A stretch of 32,000 nucleotides of DNA from positions 390,001 to 422,000 of the forward strand of contig CP064962.1 in NCBI GenBank assembly GCA_016699145.1, read 5' to 3'. The notes beneath the pieces are model-generated. The model had not been told where the DNA came from. It saw nothing but the letters and a program-made list of their open reading frames with translations, and did no database searches. Source of the stretch: Candidatus Saccharimonadota bacterium (lineage in GTDB: Bacteria > Patescibacteriota > Gracilibacteria > UBA1369 > 2-02-FULL-48-14). Position numbers and translations under genes: made by a program. Within the stretch, counting starts at the first letter, position 1, and every line of letters begins with the position of its first letter. This document shows positions 16,350 through 25,103 of the stretch, piece by piece.

Positions 16350-18671
16350 ATGAAATCCAAACTCACCTTCCTCTTTACAACAATCACCTTATTCGGCCTG
16401 CTGCTGCAACCCAGCGCAGAAGCGTTTCAATTGAATGAAACGCAAGCCTACGATGGAGTGGCCACCACCAATTATTTTGCCAATTCCGTTTTAACCGAAG
16501 CCGATCGCATCGTGGAACGCAGCACCGCCGCTTACGATGAGGATGACAGTTTTGGCATGCCCCGAGAAGCCGATAGCTTCCTTTATGTGGGCTTTGAAGA
16601 ACCCTTTGACGGTTTTGCCATGGATCTAGAGAACGCCGCAACCGGAGGCGCCTTCAAGGTGACTTATTGGAACGGCTCCTCTTGGTCCACCTTGATTGCA
16701 GAAGCGGACGAGAGCATTCGCAACGACAGTACCAGCGGCGTATTTCAATTGGAATGGGATAGGCCCTCCAACTGGGATGCGCGCAGTTTTGAGATCGACA
16801 CTCCTGAAGATGAGGATGAAGACTCCACCGACGAACTGTACTTCGCACGCTTAGAAGTGACCGAAAACTACAACAGCGTTCCTCTTATTGAACAAGTGGG
16901 CATCACAACCTACAACCTGGTCTTGAACGTGGAGACCGAATTGGAAGACGGCCTCAGCGTGAACGAAGCCGACTTTGACTTTATAAGTGGCGGCAACACC
17001 ACCGTCTACGCTCACAAACGAACAGGCTATGAACATCACTTTGCCCTGCACAGCTTGGGAGGCACTTACACTTATTCCGTGAACAAATCTGGTTACATTG
17101 AAGAAGAATTCACCGCCCAAGTCGACACGGATCAAAATGAAGAAGACATTCGCCTCGACTACACTCACGTGATTCGCGCCACCGACGCAGACGACGGAGA
17201 AAACGTCAGCATCACCTCTGCCGAAGCCGGAACCGAAGATGTGACTTGCGTAATCGACAATGGCGACGCCTACTGCCCCGTGGATACCGATGATGACAAC
17301 AGCACGGCCCGCGTGGAAGCAAACAACTACGAGACTCATTCCTTCACTCTGCCCAATCGTACCAACGATGGTGGCGTACAAAAAATTTCCAACATCGAAA
17401 TGGAGCAAAGCGGAAGCAGCAACCCGAGCAGCGACGATGTGGACCTCTTTGTTTCCGACTTGAGCGTGGAGGATGAAGAACTGACAGTCACCGTGAAAAA
17501 CATCGGGGAAGAAGATTTGGATGAAGCAGTGGATCTCTACGTTTACATTGAAAACGAACGCGTCGCTTCTTATGAGGTGGGCGAAAATTATCTGGAGGCA
17601 GACGACATTGTGAACGTCAATTTCGACCTGGAAGAGTTGGAGGATTTGGATGAAGAAGTGTCCGTGCGCGCTTGCATCGACGCAAATGATGAAGCCGACG
17701 AGGACAACGAAAACAACAACTGCCGCACCGAAGACTTCGGTGAGAATAACAGCAACGATGAAGAAGTGGACTTTGAAGTGACCGAAATTTTTGGAGACGA
17801 ACACGACTTTTATTACACCCTTGCCAACACGGGTGATGAAGATGCCAACGGCTCCATTCATTTCGAAGTCACGGTAGAACAAAACGGTCGAGAAGAACGC
17901 GTGCTCAGCGGCAATCATTCCAGTTCCAGTGGAAGCAGCAATTTCTTTGATGCAGGAGGGGAAAGCACCTTCGATTCCGAAGATCTTTTAGAAGAATATT
18001 TTGAAGATGGAGACGATTTTGACGTCACCGTATGCATCGACACCGAAGACGATTTCGATGAAGAAAATGAAAACAACAACTGCATGACCGTGGACGACAG
18101 CGAACTCGATGAAGGACTCCATTACGATTCTTGCGGTTCCTTCAACGACATCGTCAATCATTGGGCTGAAGAATACATCTGCGAACTCTACGACAGCGAT
18201 ATCGTGGAAGGCCGCAGCCACACTCGTTTCTACCCCGACTCCGCCGTCACTCGTGCTGAATTCCTAAAAATGACCTTGTTGGGCCTCGGCTATGACACTC
18301 ACACGGTTTCAGCCGTGCACTACTCCGACGTCAGTTCCAGTCATTGGGCCTATGAATACGTAACATACGCAACGGCCAGCGGCATTGTGGACGGTTACAG
18401 CAACGGCACCTTTAAACCCGACGCTTACATCAGTCGTGCCGAAGCTTTGGTGCTTTTATTGCGAGCCGCCGATCAAGACGACAACGGACGTGTGGATGAA
18501 GATGAAATCAACTTCTGGGATGTGGACGAAGACGACTGGTTTGCCTGGGCCGTGGTGCTGGCCGATGAAGAAAACCTCATCAGCGGGTACAGCGACAACA
18601 GTTTCCGTCCCACCAATTCCATCACCCGAGCAGAAGCCGCTAAGATTGTGAGCCTGGCAAATGAACTTTAA
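16350..18671 (+). CDS. Hyper-acidic secreted surface protein: CARDB-like domains + 3 C-terminal SLH domains (paralog of 4856..6772)
   Basis: Signal peptide MKSKLTFLFTTITLFGLLLQPSAEA. CARDB-type modules end in ACIDANDEADEDNENNNCRTE and VCIDTEDDFDEENENNNCMT. Three SLH modules follow (HWAEEYICELY...TRAEFLKM; HWAYEYVTYA...SRAEALVLL; DWFAWAVVLA...TRAEAAKIV). These are collinear with the C-terminus of the 4856..6772 protein. Confidence 0.9.
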   Translation: MKSKLTFLFTTITLFGLLLQPSAEAFQLNETQAYDGVATTNYFANSVLTEADRIVERSTAAYDEDDSFGMPREADSFLYVGFEEPFDGFAMDLENAATGGAFKVTYWNGSSWSTLIAEADESIRNDSTSGVFQLEWDRPSNWDARSFEIDTPEDEDEDSTDELYFARLEVTENYNSVPLIEQVGITTYNLVLNVETELEDGLSVNEADFDFISGGNTTVYAHKRTGYEHHFALHSLGGTYTYSVNKSGYIEEEFTAQVDTDQNEEDIRLDYTHVIRATDADDGENVSITSAEAGTEDVTCVIDNGDAYCPVDTDDDNSTARVEANNYETHSFTLPNRTNDGGVQKISNIEMEQSGSSNPSSDDVDLFVSDLSVEDEELTVTVKNIGEEDLDEAVDLYVYIENERVASYEVGENYLEADDIVNVNFDLEELEDLDEEVSVRACIDANDEADEDNENNNCRTEDFGENNSNDEEVDFEVTEIFGDEHDFYYTLANTGDEDANGSIHFEVTVEQNGREERVLSGNHSSSSGSSNFFDAGGESTFDSEDLLEEYFEDGDDFDVTVCIDTEDDFDEENENNNCMTVDDSELDEGLHYDSCGSFNDIVNHWAEEYICELYDSDIVEGRSHTRFYPDSAVTRAEFLKMTLLGLGYDTHTVSAVHYSDVSSSHWAYEYVTYATASGIVDGYSNGTFKPDAYISRAEALVLLLRAADQDDNGRVDEDEINFWDVDEDDWFAWAVVLADEENLISGYSDNSFRPTNSITRAEAAKIVSLANEL

Positions 18672-19401
18672 AATGAAACGCCTCTTCCTCTACAGCCTAC
18701 TGCTGGTCAGCACCCTACTGGGCACTGTGCTTGCTTATGACGTGTGGCGAACTCAAAAATTAGAAGGACCGGACGCTCCTTCCCCCACCACTTGGCAAGA
18801 GATCGATCCTACGCAAACCGATGCGACCGCGCCTCAAAAACTCAGCATCGCACTGCCTTTTTACTCGCAGGCTCCCTTTGGCAATTGGGATTACCCTTGG
18901 CAAGAAGCCTGTGAAGAAGCCAGTATCGCTCTGGTTGCCAATCTATATTTAGAAAAAAACTGGAGCAAGGAAGCGTTCAACGAAGAACTGTTGCGCTTGG
19001 TGGACTGGGAAATGGACCGTTTTGGGGCCTACGAACACACGACCGTGGCACAAACCGTGCAAATGATCGAAGAAAATTATGGACTAAAAACCGTCGTGCA
19101 TGAAAATCCCACTTTTGAAGATTTGCAAAGCAGCATCGCCAGCGGACATTTGATCGTCGCGCCTTTTGCGGGGAAACAATTGAATAACCCCAATTTCACC
19201 AACGGCGGCCCCGTTTACCACATGTTGGTCATCAAGGGTTACGACGCCACTAAAAATCAAGTGGTGACCCACGACGTGGGCACCCGCAACGGAGAAGATT
19301 ACGTCTATACTTGGTCTGTGATTCAAAGTGCGCTTCACGATTGGCACAATACCGACATTGAACAGGGTGCCGCCCGTTGGATCGAAGTTTTGCCCCTTTA
19401 G
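18661..19401 (+). CDS. Secreted C39-like (papain-fold, YvpB/BtrH-like) peptidase-domain protein
   Basis: The first ATG (18661) overlaps the upstream stop. The ATG at 18673 gives MKRLFLYSLLLVSTLLGTVLA, a signal/anchor sequence. LPFYSQAPFGNW....QEACEEASIALVANLY resembles the YSQ...C.(P/E)(A/T)S motif of the Peptidase_C39_2 family. HMLVIKGYD supplies the candidate catalytic His. Assignment is by motif only. Confidence 0.7.
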   Translation: MNFKMKRLFLYSLLLVSTLLGTVLAYDVWRTQKLEGPDAPSPTTWQEIDPTQTDATAPQKLSIALPFYSQAPFGNWDYPWQEACEEASIALVANLYLEKNWSKEAFNEELLRLVDWEMDRFGAYEHTTVAQTVQMIEENYGLKTVVHENPTFEDLQSSIASGHLIVAPFAGKQLNNPNFTNGGPVYHMLVIKGYDATKNQVVTHDVGTRNGEDYVYTWSVIQSALHDWHNTDIEQGAARWIEVLPL

Positions 19402-19413
19402 CCCCACGCCCTC

Positions 19414-20691
19414 ATGTTCATTTCTTTGCAAAAAGAAATCCTTTGGTCCACTGTCGTACAAATTCTTGGAAAAGGGCTACAAATTGCCATCGGCATAGTA
19501 ACGGTGAAAGGAGTCACCACTATTTTGGGAACCGAAAACTATGGTCTATACGGAAAAATTTCAGAATTCTCTTTATTTTTTGCCACGGCAGCCAACTTAG
19601 GTATTTTTGGAAACACCGTGCGTCGCCTCTCTCTGGAACCTAAAAATGCACAGCTTTTTGGCAATGCGCTGCTGCTACGTCTCTTCACGGGAATGCTCTT
19701 TCTCGGCCTAGGATGGATCTTTGCGCTGCTCACAATTGAAGACCCCATTTTCTTGCTGGGTACGCTCTTTTTCATGAGCAGCCTGCTCTTGGATTTGATG
19801 ACCACTGTTTGCGATGCTCTGCTGCAAGCCCATTACAAAATGGGCCGTGCCACCCTAGCCTTGCTGCTGGGACGTTTGACCAATCTGGCGGTGATCGGGG
19901 CCTTGAGCTCAACGCTCAATAACACGCCCGAGGATTTCAATCTTTCTCTCTTTTTACTCGGCCCTCTGCTGGCCGCCCTCGTCACCTTGGGGCTGAGTTT
20001 CCTTTTTGCACGGCAGATTTTAAAACCCAAGTGGACTCTGAATAAAACTTTGCTCAAAGACCTGTTTTTAAGTTCGCTGCCTTTTGGGATCATCAACATT
20101 TTAAACAACTTGTACTTTCGTTTTTTGCCCGGCGCTTTTTTGGTCACGGTGCTCAGCAATTCTCATTTTGGCATCTACAATTTGAACATGCACCTCAGTG
20201 CAACCTTAAGCATCCTTTCCACTTTTTTCATGTTCTCGGTGCTGCCCAAACTGGAACAAAGCCTTAAAAAGAACGATTTAAAAGCCGCCAAATTGCTCTA
20301 CCAAAGTGCCAAACGCATCCTAGGGCTCGCTGCCCTAGCCTTGGTGGGACTGGGCACTTGGCTGGGACCTTGGGCCCTCAGCTTGGTCAGCAACAAAGAC
20401 TTTCTCGATCCTGAAACTTGGTTCTTCCTGCCCTTACTACTCATACTGACGGGCGTGTCTTATTTTTATGATTTGGCACTGCTCACGCTGTTCGCTCTTA
20501 AGGATGAACTGTGGTGGATGAAACGCGAAGTCTTGGCCCTGAGCATCGGTCTGCTTTTTGGACTCAGCATAGTGCTGCTGCCTCACAGCACCGGTCTGGC
20601 CAGCGTTCTCATTTTAACGGGGGCCATCGTCGCAGAAGGCAGCATTGCATTTTTAGGCATGAGACGGATCAAAAAGCACTTATCGGCTTAG
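19414..20691 (+). CDS. MOP-superfamily oligosaccharide/polysaccharide flippase (Wzx-like)
   Basis: 425 aa with roughly 12 predicted TM helices. The N-terminal pattern L.KEILWSTVVQILGKGLQIAIGIVTVKGVTTILGTENYGLYG is typical of the polysaccharide biosynthesis protein family. It is co-directional with the two upstream genes. Confidence 0.8.
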   Translation: MFISLQKEILWSTVVQILGKGLQIAIGIVTVKGVTTILGTENYGLYGKISEFSLFFATAANLGIFGNTVRRLSLEPKNAQLFGNALLLRLFTGMLFLGLGWIFALLTIEDPIFLLGTLFFMSSLLLDLMTTVCDALLQAHYKMGRATLALLLGRLTNLAVIGALSSTLNNTPEDFNLSLFLLGPLLAALVTLGLSFLFARQILKPKWTLNKTLLKDLFLSSLPFGIINILNNLYFRFLPGAFLVTVLSNSHFGIYNLNMHLSATLSILSTFFMFSVLPKLEQSLKKNDLKAAKLLYQSAKRILGLAALALVGLGTWLGPWALSLVSNKDFLDPETWFFLPLLLILTGVSYFYDLALLTLFALKDELWWMKREVLALSIGLLFGLSIVLLPHSTGLASVLILTGAIVAEGSIAFLGMRRIKKHLSA

Positions 20692-23600
20692 GCTGATTTT
20701 ATAGCCCGTGTAGTTGTTGGCTCCCGTGTAAGCAGGGCGATACCAATCCCACCCGGCAAAAGTCCAAAATGAAGAAAGCGTAGACCACGCCTCTAAGTCG
20801 GCAGAGTCGCTGACTTGAGTCACTTGAGCATCAGGATTGGAAGTGGCACTGAAAAGCGGAACAGAAGTGCAAGAGGCCGAAATGGGATCAAAAGGCGTAG
20901 CACTGTTTCCACAATCATAAACTTCCACGGTTCCTAAAAAGCCTTCAATTCTGCGCACTCCAAAGGCGCCATAGCCACTGTTTCGGGTGCCCACCCAATA
21001 GCTGTCACCAAAATTCAATACCGTGTTCAAAGAACTGGAAGGCCCATAGGTGCCCGTTGTCCAAGTACCAGAACCATAACCATAAATTTCATCATAGCCC
21101 ACAAAACTGAGCGTGAGGCTTTGAGGATAATTCGCGGCATTCAAAGGGTCAGTTCCATAATAATAAACTTCAGATCCATCAGTGAAGGCGTCTCCATCGC
21201 TGTCTTCATCGTTGGGATCCGTGAAATAAGCCGTCACTTCATATTCGTCGGTGAGGCCATCGGCATCGCTGTCTTCCAAACGAGGATTCGTGCCATAGGT
21301 CACCACTTCTTCATAATCCGTTAGTCCATCGTTTTCGGTATCGGTGTCACAAGGATGAGACCCTGCATAATATTCCTCTAAATTGCTGAGTCCTTCTCCA
21401 TCAGCATCACCCGTTCCATCAGCCACCAAGGGATCCACGCAGCTATAAGTCCCTTCCCACGAATCCGACATGCCATCGCCATCGGCATCAGCAAAATAAT
21501 CGGAGGAATCCAAGGGGTCAGTGCCATCCTGCAAGACTTCCTGTCCATCGGAATACGTGTCCCCATCGGTATCTGCATCGCTAGGATTCGTGCCATACGT
21601 CATCACCTCTTCATAATCATTCAGTAAATCGCTATCGGTATCACTCAAGAGCGGATCCGTCCCATACGTATTCACTTCCTCTCCATCGCTCAGAACGTCT
21701 GCATCGGTATCACGATCATTGGGGTCCGTGCTGGAGCCATTCACTTCCTCTTCATCACTGAGTCCATCGCTATCGGTATCACTCAAAAGTGGATCCGTCC
21801 CGTAAGTCATGAGTTCTTCATAATCATTCAGTAAATCGCTATCAGTATCACTCAAGAGCGGATCCGTCCCATAGGTGTTCAACTCTTCCTCATCACCGAG
21901 ACCATCGCTATCGGTATCACCCAAAAGTGGATCAGTCCCATAGGTATTCACCTCTTCTTCATCACTGAGTCCATCACTATCGGTGTCACTTAAAAGTGGA
22001 TCGGTCCCATACGTCATCACCTCTTCATAATCATTCAGCAAATCGTCATCCGTATCTGAATCATTGAGGTCGGTGCCATAAAGAGATTCAAGCACATCAT
22101 AAAGTCCATCGCCATCCGTATCCGTGGTGTCGGGACTACTGTTGCTGTCTAGAGGATCAGACCCTAAAAGATATTCTTCATAGTCGCTGAACCCATCGCC
22201 ATCCGTATCTTGCACCAAGGGATCCGTGCCAAGATTCACCTCTTCACCATCTTCAAAATCATCTCCATCCGTGTCGGCATTCAAGGCATCGGTAAAGTAA
22301 ACGTTCACCTCATCCCCATCGCTGAGTCCATCACCATCGGTGTCGCTATTGTTGGGCTGGGTGTCGTTTTGGTACTCTTCCAAATTACTGAGTCCATCGC
22401 CATCTCCATCTTGATTCGCATCGGAGGCATCGAACGGATCCAATCCATTGGCAATTTCCCAGGCATCTTCCATGCCATCGCGGTCCGAATCACTGAGATG
22501 ACTGAGGGGGTCCAAAGGATCGGTCAAATCGCGCAAAATTTCCTCACCGTCCGAGTAAGCATCTCCATCCGTGTCTGCATTCGTAGCCAAGGTGCCATAT
22601 TCATAAATTTCTTCAAAATCCGAAAGCAGATCCAGATCGCTGTCGGCCTTGTTCACATCAGTACCCCAAACGCTTTCCTGAAAAGCACAAAGTCCATCGC
22701 CATCGGCATCAAGATTCCCAGCAGCGGTCGTATCGAAAGCTTCGTAAGCTCCACGATCCGAAATCGAACAGACTGGACGTACAATAAAATCTGCATCACG
22801 AGGCGGAGCGTATTGCATGTCCGCACTGTTCACGGCCAAAGACCCCGCAAGCAAACGCAGATTGCCATTGGCAGCATCAACGAAAGAAGCCGCTTCCTCA
22901 TAAGCAGCGCTTTCATAACCCACCGACTGCGTCGCTTCCAAGTCATAAGGCGTTCCAGAAATGTGAACAATCGTTCGCCCCACGCCTTCATAAAGATTGG
23001 AATCATACGTGCCCAAATCCATCCAAACATTCGCATTCAGAGCCGCGTTTCCAAAGTTAGAAAACACATTGTTCACGACCTGCGCAGGGGTCGTCAAAGT
23101 TGCCGCAAGATCAATCGAGAACAGGTTTTGGCCGTAAAAAGTATTGTTGATCAAATTCAATTCAGAAACAGTACCCGCCGCTTGAAATGCATAATCTCCA
23201 CCCAAAAAGACATTGTTCAAAAGCGCCCCGCTGAGCTCAGAATCTTGCACGGTAACGGCAGTTCTTCCCCCGGTGAATCGGTTGGCAGCCAAATCCTGAC
23301 TGAGCAGAGAATAGTAATCCAAAACCACGCCGCGCTCAAAGTTTTCAAAGCTGTTGTCGCGCAACTCCTCCATTACCGAAAAATAGGAGTAAAACCCATT
23401 GCCTGTAGGAATAGCCGTATTGTGACTCAGCACGTTTTCATTGAAACGATCCACATCCGAAAAATAGAGGCGAATCCCTTCATTCACTTCGCGGAATTTA
23501 TTGTCCAAAACCTGGGTCACATCGTAAGCAGCCATGCCAATTGCAAGCTCAGAATGGTAAAAATCATTGCTCCGAATGCTGCCCTCATTGCCGAACGATT

Positions 23601-24882
23601 CAGGGGAATTCACAGGTGGATTCCCTTCCACCCAGTCCGCAAAATAGCCATCGCTGGCTTCCAAAACAATGCCATACAAAGGGGACCAAATGGCATTTTC
23701 TTGAATGTCCGTAAAAGAACCGTTCACAATGTGAATATTGATGCCTTTCCCTGTTAAAATATTTTTTTGAAAGGTGGATGTCACCGAGTCGCGAGCCTCA
23801 ATATCAGCCACGGAAGAGGCCAAAAGATTGGCCTCCAGTTGAGGCACTTGAACCGCCTCCAAATCAAAAGCATAGTCGCCCCCTTCCACAAGATTGCTGC
23901 TCACGGCATCCAATGTATAATCCGCAGCTTGCACGCCCGCCGAACGGGTGCTGCTGTCATCCACAAGGAAGATTTTATTGTTCTGAATCGAAAGGAAACG
24001 GGACGTCCCATCCCCTTCTAAAACAAAGCCAAGGGCTACATTTTCAATCGTGTTTCCAATCAAATAAGTCCCCGAAGATTTATTGAATTGAAAGGCAGAG
24101 CTGTTCACACCTCCTCCAACGACTTCATTGTCGGCCACATGCACTTGGGCACTGTCCTCCACATAAAAGAAATCACCCGAGTTGTAGCGCGCATCGCTAT
24201 TTAAAACATAAAAGTCTCCGGTCAGTTGAGAGGCCACAACGAACCAATTTTTGCCATCGTAGCTTTTAGAAGCCGCCCCTCGAAAATCATTGGAATCCAC
24301 AATCAGTGTCCCGCTATTGGCCGAAGCAAAAATAAAGGCGGAGTTGAACGTGTTGTCCAAAATAGAAACGGTGTTGTTCCCTGAAACCAGAATGGAATTA
24401 CCGGAAGTGGTAAATGCATTATTCTCAATCAAAACGTAATCTGAGTTCCCATTCAAAGTCACTCCTCCGCTGCCATTGAAATGAAAGCCGCTCACAGTGA
24501 TTTTTTTATCTCCAGAGATCGTGAAACGCGTCGAGGTGCTGACCCCGCCATAAGGTTTCAACTCCACATCATTGGTGGAATTGGCATTGTTCAAGCTTTG
24601 ATTGCCACTCCCTTTGTAATAGAGGGTGATGCTTTGACCAGCATACTTCCAATTGCGTGAATCCAAAGCCGCTTGCAGAGTTTTATAAGCGTTGGATTGG
24701 GTGGTTCCGTGGCATACGCGAGGGCCCCAATCACTCCCTGCAGCCGGGTCTACATAGGCCGTCGTAGACCACTGGCAGACCGCTTCCACCCTAGGAATAG
24801 AGGGAAGCCAATAGAGAGAACCCACCACGGAAAAGAGAAGAAGCCATAAAAAAAGCAGTCCAACGTGAACCCAAACGTCCAA
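20680..24882 (-). CDS. 1400-aa secreted protein: right-handed parallel beta-helix (PbH1) region + ~20 thrombospondin-type-3-like Ca-binding repeats + unassigned C-terminal domain
   Basis: TTG start with a hydrophobic N-terminus (VGLLFLWLLLFSVVGSLYWL). A long run of short N/G/S/V-rich beta-helix turns follows, ending in an ...AVNSAD....P.D.D...RP....DRGAYE motif. Then come DxDxDG..D.EE repeats (DTDGDGLSDGDEV, DTDSDGLSDEEEVNTYGTDPLL...). The last ~185 aa are Gly/Tyr/Trp-rich with no family I recognise. The gene overlaps the flippase 3' end by 12 nt. Confidence 0.9.
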   Translation of the reverse strand: MDVWVHVGLLFLWLLLFSVVGSLYWLPSIPRVEAVCQWSTTAYVDPAAGSDWGPRVCHGTTQSNAYKTLQAALDSRNWKYAGQSITLYYKGSGNQSLNNANSTNDVELKPYGGVSTSTRFTISGDKKITVSGFHFNGSGGVTLNGNSDYVLIENNAFTTSGNSILVSGNNTVSILDNTFNSAFIFASANSGTLIVDSNDFRGAASKSYDGKNWFVVASQLTGDFYVLNSDARYNSGDFFYVEDSAQVHVADNEVVGGGVNSSAFQFNKSSGTYLIGNTIENVALGFVLEGDGTSRFLSIQNNKIFLVDDSSTRSAGVQAADYTLDAVSSNLVEGGDYAFDLEAVQVPQLEANLLASSVADIEARDSVTSTFQKNILTGKGINIHIVNGSFTDIQENAIWSPLYGIVLEASDGYFADWVEGNPPVNSPESFGNEGSIRSNDFYHSELAIGMAAYDVTQVLDNKFREVNEGIRLYFSDVDRFNENVLSHNTAIPTGNGFYSYFSVMEELRDNSFENFERGVVLDYYSLLSQDLAANRFTGGRTAVTVQDSELSGALLNNVFLGGDYAFQAAGTVSELNLINNTFYGQNLFSIDLAATLTTPAQVVNNVFSNFGNAALNANVWMDLGTYDSNLYEGVGRTIVHISGTPYDLEATQSVGYESAAYEEAASFVDAANGNLRLLAGSLAVNSADMQYAPPRDADFIVRPVCSISDRGAYEAFDTTAAGNLDADGDGLCAFQESVWGTDVNKADSDLDLLSDFEEIYEYGTLATNADTDGDAYSDGEEILRDLTDPLDPLSHLSDSDRDGMEDAWEIANGLDPFDASDANQDGDGDGLSNLEEYQNDTQPNNSDTDGDGLSDGDEVNVYFTDALNADTDGDDFEDGEEVNLGTDPLVQDTDGDGFSDYEEYLLGSDPLDSNSSPDTTDTDGDGLYDVLESLYGTDLNDSDTDDDLLNDYEEVMTYGTDPLLSDTDSDGLSDEEEVNTYGTDPLLGDTDSDGLGDEEELNTYGTDPLLSDTDSDLLNDYEELMTYGTDPLLSDTDSDGLSDEEEVNGSSTDPNDRDTDADVLSDGEEVNTYGTDPLLSDTDSDLLNDYEEVMTYGTNPSDADTDGDTYSDGQEVLQDGTDPLDSSDYFADADGDGMSDSWEGTYSCVDPLVADGTGDADGEGLSNLEEYYAGSHPCDTDTENDGLTDYEEVVTYGTNPRLEDSDADGLTDEYEVTAYFTDPNDEDSDGDAFTDGSEVYYYGTDPLNAANYPQSLTLSFVGYDEIYGYGSGTWTTGTYGPSSSLNTVLNFGDSYWVGTRNSGYGAFGVRRIEGFLGTVEVYDCGNSATPFDPISASCTSVPLFSATSNPDAQVTQVSDSADLEAWSTLSSFWTFAGWDWYRPAYTGANNYTGYKISLSR
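21521..22141. repeat. 69-nt (23-aa) in-frame tandem repeat, ~9 well-conserved copies with a 207-nt higher-order period
   Basis: Unit starts (gt[gc]cc...) were verified at 21590, 21659, 21728, 21797, 21866, 21935, 22004 and 22073. The units starting at 21590, 21797 and 22004 (LLNDYEE(V/L)MTYGTDP type) resemble each other more than their neighbours, giving a 3-unit super-repeat. More degenerate copies extend to roughly 21150..22640. Confidence 0.85.
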
Positions 24883-25020
24883 AACGCATGAACATAAAAA
24901 GTGAGGTTAGTAAGGAAATCAAGACGTTTAAAATAAGGGCAAAAGCCTTGAGTGTCAATAAGCTGTATCTATAAAAAGAGGTTTCCTTTCCGAAGAAAAT
25001 CTGTTAAAAAATGGGCACGT

Positions 25021-25097
25021 CGGGGTGTAGCGCAGTTGGCTAGCGCGCTTGCATGGGGTGCAAGAGGTCGTGGGTTCAAGTCCCGCCACTCCGACCA
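25021..25097 (+). tRNA. tRNA-Pro (anticodon GGG), CCA encoded
   Basis: Hand-folded cloverleaf. Acceptor CGGGGTG/CACTCCG (one G-U pair). U8 A9. D stem GCGC/GCGC. Anticodon stem CTTGC/GCAAG with loop A-T-GGG-G-T (U33, G37). Variable loop AGGTC. T stem GTGGG/CCCGC with loop TTCAAGT. Discriminator A followed by CCA. Confidence 0.9.
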
Positions 25098-25103
25098 GAA
25101 TTT

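Noticed and set aside
16851-17918. 355-aa minus-strand ORF antisense to the 16350..18671 gene
   Set aside because: GAx-rich (Asp/Glu) sense codons give stop-poor antisense frames. The translation is V/F/I-rich with no motifs, while the sense strand has a signal peptide, CARDB and SLH modules.
540-22141. Possible CRISPR arrays at the tandem repeats (540..2110 and 21521..22141)
   Set aside because: The repeats are contiguous with no unique spacers. They are in-frame within long ORFs, have periods of 390 and 69 nt, and there are no cas genes. They are coding repeats, not CRISPR.
22210-23757. 515-aa plus-strand ORF antisense to the giant gene (also 21121..21324, 23767..24086)
   Set aside because: Same antisense artefact. 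The translation is an I/R/S/V-rich low-complexity string, whereas the sense strand encodes coherent beta-helix and TSP3 repeats.
25053-25103. Track start of the racemase ORF inside the tRNA-Pro gene
   Set aside because: The first 17 codons are tRNA sequence (MGCKRSWVQVPPLRPEF). The conserved racemase N-terminus begins after the ATG at 25104.
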